Part shown: piece by piece, positions 37,074 through 49,660 of the stretch | Layout: each line of letters opens with the position of its first letter | Position numbering within the stretch: position 1 is the first letter of the stretch | Source: Eledone cirrhosa | Taxonomy: Eukaryota | Reading direction: 5' to 3' | DNA: 64,000 nucleotides | NCBI GenBank assembly: GCA_964016885.1 | Contig: OZ024741.1 | Location: 204,724,001-204,788,000, forward strand | Notes under the pieces: model-generated | The model's input: the letters and a program-made list of their open reading frames with translations, nothing else | Told to the model about the DNA's origin: nothing | Databases searched by the model: none | Made by a program: the position numbers and the translations under genes

Positions 37074-40000
37074 AGTTTCCTACAATGAATGATGCACAGT
37101 CAAAACGTTAGTCATACATAACTCTATCCCTAAAGAGATTTTGAAATCAAATCTCTGGTTCCTGCCTCTGCTGTTGTTTCCTCAACAGGTTTTTCCTGTT
37201 GCTTGCCTTTTTTTCCCATAAAATGCAGATCTTTGCTCTATTACTCATGCACATGAAACTGAAAGGAAATGCTCTGGGAAATGCTCTTACTGCTCATGCA
37301 AAATTAACTGAGATTGCTCCTGTTCAAATAAATCTACATGTCTGTGTCACTTGTCAATATCTTTGCTGAAGAAAAATGGGAAGAGACCCATTTTCCCTTT
37401 TTTTTCAAAATTTGGAAAGGGTAGATATTTATTTTACAAGTAAATATTGTGATTTGTGTAAATAGTTATTTCACTATTTAATAAAACTAAAAATAATAGC
37501 CAAAAAAAATACTGACCATTCAATTCAATTGCTTTAATTTTAAATAAAACATTACAAATTATATGATACAGGCTGATGGCTATGACAAGAAAGTGGTTTT
37601 GCTTGGATTCGAGTTGACAACCACTTTATATATATATATATTCTTATCATAGTACAAATATATTTAAAATGTTATATATATGCTTCAGTAGACTATATAT
37701 ATTACACACAGTACAGCTAAGTTTGGGAGATACTATGTAAAAAATATTCTCTAGCAGATATGTAAAAAGATTTTTTTTTCAAATCATTTACTTGAAAAAA
37801 AAAAAAAAATGTTCAGCTTTGAAATTATCTATAACATAATACTTTGTCTTAGTTATATCAATGCGCATATCAATCACCAAGAATCAAAGTACAACTGCTA
37901 GATACACCAGCCAAAATGTTGCACAACTGTATAACACATATATACATACACACATGCAAGCAAGCACATATAATTTATTTTCAACTTAATTCAGTGCCTT
38001 TTTTCTTTAGCTTTCCAAAAAAAAGTGCCTAGCTGTTGATGTTGTACCGAAAGACATAAACAGTGACAACATTTGTTGATGTAATATGAAAACTGTACAT
38101 TTTCAGTCAAAATCAACAGCTTCTATGTTTAGTTACTGTACTATAGTTTCTGCTAAACACTTTGCAATACTTATGATGGGGGTATAATTCATTAACACAG
38201 TACCATTTTACTTTAGTGAGATGTGATACTACTGAATGTACAGCTGCTATTTCTATGTAATAAACTTTTAGGCAATGGTTGTTGCCTCTTATCACATAGA
38301 AGTGTAACAATTCTGTGAATTAAAATGTATGTGTTATAATTCTTGAAAGTCATTTCCAAATACTTTCCTGAGTCACTGCCATGCTATGTATATAGTTTTT
38401 AGTCATATCAACGAAGTATGAAAAGCTTGAAATTCTTTTGCTTTTGCCTTCTTCATCACACGACGAAAATATCTGGATATAGGTTCAGCTAGTGACCCCA
38501 ATAATTAAAGAAACAAAAATAATAGTAAGAAAATACACTGGTTTATTGCCCTTACACATTCTTAGCAATATAAACTAATCCTTGTGGAACAGTTTAATTA
38601 CAGCAAATGTTAGTGGGAGAATGCATTTTTCTATCTTATTGCCAGATTTTATCTCTTACACACATACACACTCTGTAGATTGTAGAGCATCTATTGTAGT
38701 TTCACAATTTATAACCAGCTTTGGCTCCAATTATCCAGCATTATTACTCTTGTGAAGGGCGGTGGATTGGCAGAATCGGTAGAGCATCGGACAACATGCG
38801 TTGCAGCATAATTATAGTCCTTTACGTTCTGAGTTCAAATCCCGCCGAGGTTAACTTTGCCTTTCATCCTTACGGAGTCGATAAAATAAAGTACCAGTAA
38901 TGTACTGGGTAATTGCTGGCCTTGTGCCAAAGGTAGAAACAATTATTACTCTTGTGATTCCTTATATACCTTCACAATATATCGCATTCTGTCTGTTTAT
39001 TAATAATCTTTCAACTGTAAAGTTATTGTCATTATATTTTTGTTTGTGTATATGTCATAGTTTTAATTTCCTGACTGTCTCCTTGCTTTATATCTCACAT
39101 GGCTTTTGTACTGGCTAAAATAAACCCAGTTATATTATTTTATATTTCATATAGCTTCATGTTACAATCCCACCATGTACTAAACAATCATTTCACCAGA
39201 AATTGGTTCTTGCCTCTATATTTTATGTTCCCTATTAAACTAGTGGCTGCTTTATAATTCTGACATTTGAAAATTGAAACTTCTTAGTTTCATGGAAAGA
39301 TTACACATCTTGTTTATGATCTCCACTCTAGTAAATAGATTGACAGTAACAATTGATTAAAGTTATTAATTCCGCCCAACCAAATCTCTTAATTTAATTT
39401 TGTACTGCTTATTTCATTATATACTATCAAACATTAAAAGAAACATAGGGATGTTTTATTACCAACAAAGTTTTTGTGTATTTTTGTTTTTAAGATGTAA
39501 TTTTGTTGGCAAAAGACAAAAATTGAAAAGTTGACGTTGCTGGCAATCTGTAAAACTAATGTTTTTTAATCCAATTTTGAAACTGCTTTTCATATCTTAG
39601 ATTTAAGATTTTTAGTCAACACCAAAATTATATATAGTATTAAAAAATTTGGTATCTTATCATTTGACATAATTAGATGAATTACTAAAAATTACAGCAA
39701 AACTTGCCTCTTGTCTTTTTGACTGATGGAGTCAAAGGAGACTTGCTATTCTACTTGAAACAAGTTTTAGAGTGGCTGCTCTCATCTCAACTATGAACAT
39801 CCAGCTATAGTTCAGTTTCATATAGCAATAAATTTAAACATAACATATTGAGTAAAACACTCAAAACCATTATAATGTCTAAATTTCTTGGCTAAGTCAA
39901 AAGAAAATTTTCGCAATTAAACATTTGTTGCTTTTACTTGGTTTTCTCACTGAAAAAGTAAACTTCTGTTACTCTGTTTTAGGTATGATTAAATGACACA

Positions 40001-40630
40001 GTGTTTATATTATTTAACATCTGTTCATAAGAATTCCTATCAAAATAATCCCGATTCTTTCTAATACGGTAGCAAAACTTGTTTCTATTTTTTGCTTTTC
40101 GTTAATGGAATCTGTGGCATGGATCAACAACTGCTGAAAACATCTCTTAAAACATCATTTGTAATTTCCAACCATTAATCTCCATTAACACAATTCCTAA
40201 TATTGATTACATCCCAAAATGGTGTCATCCCAGAGTATTGAAAATGTTCAGAAATACTGATATTTTCCAAAGAAAGCAATATATGAATATATCCTGTAAT
40301 TTAATACAAGGGGTAATTCAACTAAAGAGCAAACTACAACTTAGCAATTATTTTGGATTGCTTCCTGATTTATAAAAATGAAATAAAATGGTTCATCATA
40401 TAGAATCTATGAACATGGAACAGCTGAAATTTTTGGTTTTCTTTTTTTTATAGTTAATTTCATAGTAATAACTACATCAATTTGTAAACCTTTCAAAATT
40501 TTGATGGGGAAAATTGTCATATGTCTATGAAAAAGAAATTTTGCAAGTGAAGGTCAAAGCTAAAGACTTTTGTAAAGTATTTTATGTTGTTTCATAAACA
40601 ATAAAGATCATTGTTTATAGCTCAAAATAT
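37074..40630 (+). other. Probable long 3' UTR of VPS13
   Basis: About 3.5 kb that is nearly TE-free, unlike the flanks. AATAAA at 37480, 37543, 39119, 40382 and 40600; the last is followed by a GT/T-rich tract at ~40631-40655. Confidence 0.5.
38756..38941 (+). mobile_element. SINE family A, young copy in the putative 3' UTR
   Basis: Consensus-like sequence; perfect 16-bp TSD attattactcttgtga (38740-38755 and 38942-38957). Confidence 0.9.
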
Positions 40631-42604
40631 TGGTTTTGTGTTATTTCTGTTTCTTGGAGGCATAAATTGTCACTCTTAAATAAATATGTAAAAACCTCTC
40701 TTGAATCAACATTGACTTGATATATCATTTATGTAAGAAAACAATCTTGCATAATAGACAGAGCTACACTGATCCCTAACAAGATTTCAACCAAAAGGCC
40801 ATGACCAGAATATAGTCAATGATAAATCAAAAAAAATGCGAGACCAATTAAATCAGCAAAACGAGAATGAAAAAAATAGAAGATAGTTAAATTGATAAGG
40901 TAATAAGGGAGTTTTAATACATTTTCTTGACTTTTTCAATGTTGCTTTAATAAAAGAAAAGAAAAGAAAAGAAAGGGAGGTGGGTTAGCCAAATTAGTAG
41001 AGCATCAGATTAAATACCATTGTTGTATTTTTTCTAGCTCTTTACATTCTAACTTCCAATACCACTGAGGTCAACTGTACATTTCATCCTTCTGTGATGG
41101 ATAAAATAACATACCAGTCAAATACTGGGATTGATTTAATCAACTTTGCCCTTCCCCAAATTTGATGGTCTTGTGCTGCAAATAGAAATCAAAAGGAGAC
41201 CATGTGTTTTTAAGTTCTAAATCATACATCCCTTAACAAGCAGACAATGGAGCTAGATTGCTAATTAAAACAATACTTCTAACTGGGGCTAATCAACAAT
41301 GAAGCTATATATTAAACATGAAGCTATATATTAAATAAGGATTTACAGTTTAAGGTTGTGCAATAGACATCTGAATGTGGAAAAAATATAAAAATTTAAT
41401 TCTCTATTAATAATAAAGATAATTTTCCTAAGCATATACTTATCTCAGCATTAGTGTGTGACCCTTTCATGACCATATTTCTTACAAAATACAATCTATT
41501 TCAATTAATTAACAAAGAATTCTGAGGGATTTATGAAAATGGTTGAATCATTTCATTACGAAGTAAGTTAATATATGGTTTTTACATAAAATTATGTTGG
41601 AAGTTTAAAGAAGAACCCATTAAAATGGGTGGTTCTGTTTCATAGAACCAGAGGCAGTTTGGGCCAGGTTAGTATCATGAGTTAACTTTAGTCGGTCTAT
41701 TTTAATCATTAATGTTAGCAGAATAAGTTCAAAATAATTATCAATAGAGGTTATTGAAGGATGCTTCAATTACTATATACCAAAAGTATTAGGAAAGAGT
41801 ATGCTGGGAAGATTGTGAACCACAAAAATCTTCCACCAAAAGGAAGAAAATAAAATGGTTTGGTCATGTACCTAAGCTTTAATGAATACAGTTATCCATG
41901 GATAACCCTTTCTTCCATGCAGTAAAAAAGGATTGGGCAGGGAGGAAAATTGTGAAAACGGTGTCCCTACGACCTTTCTAGATTAGGGATTAATTAATTT
42001 GAGATGAATGTGAAATATAATAATCTGCAAAACAGTTTTAGCTGTAGATAATCCTACATCATCATCGTCATCGTTTAACATCCATCTTCCATGCTAGTAT
42101 GGGTTAGACAGGTTTGTCCGACTTGGAGGCAAGTTGGGTCAGGTGACCGTGTCTCGCTCATATAGGACTGTTTATGGCTGGATGCCCTTCCTAACACCAA
42201 CCACATTTACAGTGTGGGCTGGGTGCTTTTTGTCGTGACCACTATAGATTAACAGAAAATGTTATTACAAAGTTAAATATGTATGTAGAGTTAAAAACTT
42301 GACTCATAAAATATATACATAATGACAAATCATATTATAACAAGAAATTTGAAAAAATATACACATTCAGAATTGTTTACTTTGCAATGGAGATTCTTTC
42401 TATTTTAACATTGATATACTTCCTATTTGCATGTAAAGAAGAAAATGAAACTTAACAAGTAAACTGGGTCAAGCAGAGTCATGTACCTTGTCTAGGGACA
42501 CAACAATGGCTTTGGTGATCATTTTAAAAAGTCTCCAGGAACTCACATAGCCAACAATTGTTATGGTAATGTTACGCAGATCAGTAAAGTTCTCTTTAAA
42601 TATA

Positions 42605-42895
42605 TCGGCAGGATTTGAATTTAGAACATAAAGGGCCGTGACTCTATGTTGCAAAGTATGGCGTCCAACCATCTACTGATACTGCCAATACGCCGCCCTT
42701 TAAATATAATTTTTTCTAGCACAAGGCCAGCAATTACCCCACCAGTGCATTACTGGTACTTTATTTTATCGACCCTGTAAGGATGAAAGGCAAAGTTAAC
42801 TTTGACAGGATTTGAACTAGGAAAATAAAGGGCCATAACTCTATGCCCCAAAGCATGGTGCCTGACGCTCTACTGATTCTGCCAATCCCCTGCCC
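42605..42895 (-). mobile_element. Two tandem SINE family A copies
   Basis: A partial copy and a full copy separated and flanked by ctttaaatata. Confidence 0.8.
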
Positions 42896-43579
42896 TTTAA
42901 ATATAATGCCAGTATATTTAAGGTAATATTTCCAGAAAATCTTAAATCTGTTCAGGTAAAATGAGCTATATATATACATCATCATCATTTAACGTCCATT
43001 TTCCCTGCTAGCAAGGGTTGGACATGTCTACATAGACCAAGTCAGTATTGAAGCATGACTACAGACCTCCAAGACAGGCCAGGGATCTGTGTCTTGCGTA
43101 TGGTCTCATGCTCTATGAAGTGCACTAGCACAACAGAGGTTGTTATGTCTTTAACACAACTGAAGGGTCCTCTCAACCTTTTGTTTGGCAAGCTTTCTAT
43201 GGCTGGATGCCCTTCCTATCAGCAATCTCTTTACAATATATACTGTGCTTTTATCATGTAGATCACCAACACTAGGGAGGTTGATGTGTAATTTACACAA
43301 TTGAAGGGTCCTTTCAACCCTTTTAGGCATGATTTTTACTGTAGGGTACCCTTCCTGTCACCAACCACATTATGGAATGTACCGGGCTCATTTATGTGGG
43401 ACTATCACTAGAGAGGTTGTTGGTCATAGTCCCAAATGAAGAGCCCTATCTGCTCTCGGGGAGGGAGATAGCTATGAGGTTATAGGTGTCTGTGGTGATT
43501 TGGCAGAGCAAGGCGTAAGGGGAAGGAGTAGTTGAATATGTCTGGGAAATACCATGATGGATTTCCTGGCATATACAGT

Positions 43580-43900
43580 AGCTATTTAACCGTCTGTAAC
43601 ACAAACTTCAGGAAACCAGTCAGCCACCTGATCACTTACCAATCAGGTGAACACACAAGTCAAATAGACTTCATTCTCACCAGGAAATGAGACAGGCAAA
43701 TGGTTGTAAATGCCAAGTCCTTTCCTGGAGAGGAATGTACCTCCCAACATAGATTAGTTGTCAGTTACCTTAGAGTAAGGGCTGGGTAGACCAAGAGACA
43801 AAAGCTAGTCAGGAGAAGGAAGACACGAAAGCTGAGAGTACCCTCTGGAGGTAACAAATCCAGAACAATCCTACTTGATAGTAAGGAAGAGGAGTTGGAG
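43580..43900 (+). mobile_element. RTE LINE apurinic-endonuclease fragment
   Basis: CNTNFRKPVSHLITYQSGEHTSQIDFILTRK...FPGEECTSQHRLVV. Confidence 0.82.
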
Positions 43901-43934
43901 TACAACTCTCGCTACCAGGGACAGTGGATGCTAA

Positions 43935-44812
43935 ATAATTGTTTCTACTTTTGGCACAAGGCCAGCAATTATCCCAGTGCATTACTGGTGCTTTATTTTA
44001 TCAACCCCCGTAAGGATGTAAGGTAAAGTTAACCTCGGCAGGATTTGAACTTAGACCGAAAAGGAACATAACTCTATGCTGCAAAGCATAGCGCCCGACT
44101 CTCTACTGATACTGCCAATCCATATTGTCTAACACAGATGCATAATATTATACATCTAGTGGATATGAACTCACAACCTCTGAAATAATAATGCTTTCTG
44201 ATTTAGGCACAAGGCCAACAATTTGGTGGGGAGGGGAAAGTTGATTAACCTTCTAACATACCGGCTGTATACAGCCAGAATTCTCTCACCTATTTTGTTC
44301 AAACTGGCCATAATCACCTGCTCATACTGATGTTAAAAAATTGTTCTCGAAATAAATATCAAAATCTCGTAGATTTGATATTATGTGAGATAAAGTGTTT
44401 ACTGTGAAAATACAATAGTAAATATAGAGTAATGCTAAAGGGTTAAATCAACCCCAGAATGTTACTGGTGCTTTATCTTATCGACCCCATAAGGTTGAAA
44501 GGCAAAGCTAACCTTGCCAGGATCTAAACTCAATATGTAAAGGGCCGTAACTCTATGCCGCAAAGCATAATGTCTGATGTTCTAACGATACTGCTTATCC
44601 ACCAAATAACAATTATTTCTACTTTAGGCAGAAGGTCAGCAATTTGAAGGGGAGGAGAAAGTCTATTAAATTGACCCCAGTGCATTACTGGTGTTTTATT
44701 TTATCGACCCCATAAGGATAAAAGGCAAAGCTAATCTCGGTGGGATTTGAACTCAGAACGTAAAGGGCCATAACTCTATGCTTGCAAAGTATGGTGTCTG
44801 ATGCTCTGCCGA
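43935..44812 (-). mobile_element. Cluster of three head-to-tail SINE family A copies, one carrying a TTAA-type MITE (44249-44442)
   Basis: Three repeats of tail-core-head; the MITE is bounded by TTAA at 44245-44248 and 44443-44446. Confidence 0.8.
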
Positions 44813-45309
44813 TAATAATCCAATATCATGTTTACTTGGTTAAATCATATCTACCAATAATCTCATTAATCAAAGTATAATCTAATAATAGGGCCAGAGC
44901 AGGATACTATTTTGGGGGTGATTTTAGTAATTTCTTTCATATGCTAATTTCAAAGGAACAATATGATTATAGAATTATAAAGATTCAAAAGATTTTTTTT
45001 CTCTTTCCAAGAATAGAAAACTAGCTGTGTGATGCCTACATGTGAAGTGTGTGGTTGCATGGAAGTAAAACACTGGCAGTAACTGCAGAGCATGTGTGAT
45101 GTTTGGAGAGAAATGTAGCATACTTCCATGGATGTGTGATTTTTGTACATGAATGGTGAAGCTGAGAGAGAAACTGAGTATAAGAGGGATCAAATGTAAT
45201 ATACAAGAGAGAATACGGTGAGGGTATGACCATATGATGTGCATGGAGGATGTACATTGGGTGAATAAGTGCCAGAAGTTTCCAGTGGATGGAAGCTGCA
45301 GCAGACAAA

Positions 45310-45879
45310 TCATCATCATCATCAGGTCGAGCTTGCTCGGCTTTCTACGACACATTTCCTCCATCCATCTCTGTCTCTCATAGCATTTGCCAGTTCTTCC
45401 GCAGTGCATCCAGTATCGTCCTCAAGTTGCTTGACATATGTCTTCTTGGGACGGCCAGGGTTTCTTGCTCCATGAGATGGACTCCATAACAACACATTAC
45501 CTGCTATTTCTTCCTTGCTGCACCAACAGTGGCCAGCAAACTTGATCGAGATACCAACTTCTTTGACATCATTGCAGGAGTACTCCAAGGTGATACTCTT
45601 GCACCATATATTTTTATCATCTGCCTCGACTATGTATTGAGAAAAGCCCTGGACGAAAACTTAGAGCTTGGTTTCACTCTCACAAAGCGAAAGTGTAGAC
45701 GCCATGAAGCTCAGAAAATCACCGATGCTGACTATGCGGATGATTTAGCGGTCCTCGCTGACTACTTTAAGGATGCAACATCACTACTTCACAGCATCGA
45801 ATCAGTTGCAAAGGAAATCGGACTCTAAGTCAACACAGGCAAAACAGAATATATTTGCCTGAACCAAGACTCCTCAGTT
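45310..45879. mobile_element. 5'-inverted RTE LINE insertion inside an older RTE fragment
   Basis: 3' end and (TGA)n tail on minus (45310-45542); RT core GVLQGDTLAP...DYADD on plus (45541-45879); TSD ag(c/t)agacaaa. Confidence 0.85.
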
Positions 45880-46364
45880 AGTAGACAAAGGTCAAGGAAA
45901 ATCTAGACAAAAGTGGTGAGAGTGGATCTCAAAATGCTGAACTTCACAGAAGAGAAACAAAAGGAATACAGCATGTAAAAAGGATGGCGAGGATGATGAA
46001 ATGCATAAAATATTGAAATAAATTTTTTTTTTAAATTACATATTTTTTTTGAATAGAAAGAATCCCAATACCAAAACTCAGTCTAAATTGATTGTCACCA
46101 TAATAGTAAAAAAAAAAGAAAAGATCAGACCAAGGAAACTATATTCCCATTGATCTCACAATTGCTCATATATGCCAATTGCAACTCCTGGCAAAAGCTT
46201 CACCTTTTTTCTGATGACTGGAGGCCAGTTTGGAACTTTAAACACAGAGAGCTAGAACAAATGTTGCAAAGTATCTTATTTGACTCTTTAACAATCCTGT
46301 TAATTCACCAACCTGAACTGGTACTTTATTTATAGACTCCTGGAAAGATGAAAGACAAAATTGT

Positions 46365-46543
46365 TTTTCAAAAGAAGTTGTGACTAGTTATCTTTAAAGT
46401 CTCCTTTGAACAGTCAGATGTCAGTTTACCTGGAAAAAGGTAGTGCAGTTAAAATTATAAGAGTTAAATTAATACATGCAAGATTTCACAGCTCTAGCAT
46501 CATTCCTTCATAGTCAGCCTATGAATTTTTCAGCCCACCCTCG
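46365..46543 (-). mobile_element. Mariner terminal fragment
   Basis: Matches ~32685-32860 including the TIR and TA. Confidence 0.85.
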
Positions 46544-46904
46544 TATAATGAATTAAAGTATGCAGTAGAGGGTGACTCAAATCCAGAGATCTCAGAAGGG
46601 CCATGGATGCCCCCTCCCCCCATTCATGTGGGAATGCAGTGAAGAGTGAAGTTTTAATTAATTAAAATATTAAAATATTTGCCTCACTACTTTAGTATGT
46701 TAACTTTTTTCATGCAAAAGGCATCACTGAGTCATCGCCCCAGTCATTTTTTTATGTTGATATGCCTCTCAGTGTTAATTCACTAAAAATTGTTTACATC
46801 GTGTCTTAAGAAGTGAAGGGATTTTAACAATTTTAATTTTGTTTTCAGAGTTGGCTCCCTTGCATTTCTTGAATTGAATTAATTAGTCTTTCTCTTTATT
46901 ATAT

Positions 46905-47400
46905 ATGGTGGATTGGTAGTATCGGTAGAGGGTCGGACGCCATGTTTTGTAGCAAAGAGTTATGGCCCTTTATGGTATGAGTTCAAATCCCGCCGAGGTT
47001 AACTTTGCCTTTCATCCTTACGGGGTCGATAAAATAAAGCACCAGTAATACACTGTGATAATTGCTGGCCTTGTGCCAAAAGTAGAAACAATTATATATA
47101 TATGGCCCCATAACTCCTGATGGAGTCGTAGGGGTGCTGTGGTAGCATATGGTGTTTCTTGGGCATTTTAAGCCTGGCAGAGCCCATCCCTTTCCATATC
47201 TGAACACAGTAGGTTTCTTCCAGAGAAGGATAGAAAGTGAGAGAGAAGAAGTAAGAAAGAGATATAGAGTACTATACTGGTACATTTTTTATCGACCTCG
47301 AAAGGATGAAAGGCAAAGGTAACCTCAGAGGGTAGAGAGGTGAAAGGAATACTGCAAAGCATTATATCCAACGTTCTAATGACTCTGCCAATTCACCGGA
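46905..47400. mobile_element. Tail-to-tail SINE pair (family A on plus; long-tail variant on minus)
   Basis: Core on plus at ~46990-47050 and its reverse complement at ~47275-47330. Confidence 0.8.
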
Positions 47401-47989
47401 TGTAATTGTTAATTAAATAACTTTCTTTTGTCAAAAGTCACTTGATTAATTTTTCTAGTTTCGATTTAAGAACGAAAAGTCGTCTGCCAAAAATATCCGC
47501 TGCTTCATTTTTCTATTTGATTAGATATATTCTATTAAATTATATTAACGTTCAAATAATATAGCATGTCCCATTTTTTTTTTTTTTTTTTTGTGGATGT
47601 GGGGTGTTTTTATTAAAAATAAAGTCTACATCAGAAATGTGCCTGTACGGGCTTTTTGTTTGTTTTTGTTTTTAACGTATTTTCCTTTGTTTATATATAT
47701 CATCATCACCATTTAACGTCCATTTTTCCATGTTAGCATGGGTTAGACGAGTTGTCCCTTTGAGACAAGCCAGATCAGATGATCGTGTCTTGCTCATACA
47801 GAACTGATTTTGGCTTGATTTCTATGGCTGGAGGCCTTTCTTAATGCCAACCACACTTACAGTGCATACTGGGTGCTTTTTGTGACACCTACACGGCCAC
47901 TTTATAGTGTGGACTGGGTGTTTTTTGTTGTGACACCTACACAACCACTTTACAGTGTGGGCTGGCCACCTTTTGTCGTGTCACATGTC

Positions 47990-49370
47990 CATACGACTGC
48001 AATCTTCTCAGATAAGGTTCATGAAAGAACCAGGAACTGTTTATGATTTTTGTAAACTTGACCAACGCTTTTGACAGTGAATCGCAAAGCTCACTGGAAA
48101 ATCCTCAAAAAGATCTTGGTATACCTGATAATATGCTGAATGTTATATCTTTTCATGAGGGTATGAGAGCATCAATTATGTCAAATGGTGATTGCTCTGA
48201 ACCCTTTGGTGTCACAAATGGTTTGAAGCAGGGTTGTGTCATGGTTCCTGTTCTCTTTCTTTTATTCTTCTCTGTATACATTTAGTCATTTGGACACTGG
48301 TGTCAGATTTGAATTCTGTACATCAAGTGCTTTAGGGCTAAAACACCTAAACCATCAGCACTTTAAGGCTAAAACACTTACATGAACAAATGGCATTTGT
48401 GATTTACTGTTTGCTGATGATGTAATTGTTGCAACATCCCTTGAAGAGGCACAAGAACTGATGATTCACTTCTCAATTGTCTGTAAAGTATTTGGTTTAA
48501 CAATCAACATTAAGAAGACTGAGGTGGTACATCAGACAAGACCAATCATCTCCAGACAAGATGTTGAGCAAGGACAGCCAGGGCATGAATATCCCCATGT
48601 TCCCCTCACTGTTGATAGCAAGGATCTGAAGTATGTGGACTCCTTTACTTACCTTGGCAGTAAGGTGAGTAGCTCCGCATCCCTGGATGATGAGATCGTC
48701 AATCGCATCTCTAAAGCAACTGACAGCTTTGGCAAACTACATCATCATCTATGGGGTGTTAGAGGTATATCCTGAAAACAAAAGTTAGTTTATCGGGCAG
48801 TGGTACTGACAACACTCTTATACAACTCGGAATTATGGACACTTTAACACACCCACATTTACAGGTTTGATGTCTTCCACAAACATTGTCTTCATTCTAT
48901 GTGGTCATACATTTTCTGACAGAATCTCTAATGCCAACCTCTTCACGAGGTGCAACATCAGTGGGATTGAGTCATTTCTGATGCAATCCCAACTCTTACG
49001 CATGATTGAGGATTGCACACCCAAGGTACTGTTATAGTCAACTTCATAATAGTGCACGTAATGTAGGTATACCATTATTCAACTTTATAGACAAGGTACA
49101 ATCTTAAATCTGTGAATATACCTCTCACTTCTTTTGGAGACCTAGCAGCTGATCATGGAAAATGGATAGTAGTTCGCCATGAAAAATCTCTCCTGGTCAA
49201 TCTTCGTGATCTAAGATTTAACACCAAGATCTGATCAAATATGCCATCCTGCTCTGCTCAAAATCCTGTCATCTGCATTAAATGCAACTTGATGTGTAGA
49301 TCGGCAGCTGGACTGGGTGCCATTTAAGACATAACCATAAAAAAACTGAACTGAGAAAACTGTTGAGTCC
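47990..49370 (+). mobile_element. Decayed RTE (BovB-like) LINE
   Basis: FVNLTNAFD, VTNGLKQGCVM, DLLFADD, FGLTINIKKTEV, FTYLGS and C-terminal C..C...C....GL zinc-finger remnant. Confidence 0.88.
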
Positions 49371-49479
49371 TCATAGGTCGACACACGACGGGTTAGGCAA
49401 GCCAACACACTAGCAGTAATTCCATGAGTGATTAAAACACATTGTTTAACCCCAGATCAGTTGTTATCGATTCAAGCAT

Positions 49480-49660
49480 ATCTATTTCTTTCAGCCTTGG
49501 GAGTCGAGACGTTTGGGGGCGCTAAGCTGTAATCAACGAATTTCTTGTCGTTGCTGGCAGGTGATGTTCCTGATAGGGTGCTTGGTTATTTCCAGCGTCA
49601 TAGCCTCGCTATCACCTGCAGCAATGCCGTGGGTTGTCTTGCCTCAAAATGTAATTTAAG
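49480..49660 (+). mobile_element. Probable CRE-clade (restriction-like endonuclease) non-LTR 3' fragment
   Basis: LGVETFGG...FQRHSLAITCSNAVGCLA resembles the CRE C-terminal signature (ET.G.W...QR.S.AI.RGNA). Confidence 0.55.

Noticed and set aside
46210-46240. ctgatga-ctgg-agg-ccag hammerhead-like start
   Set aside because: No GAAA after the stem and no stem I or III.
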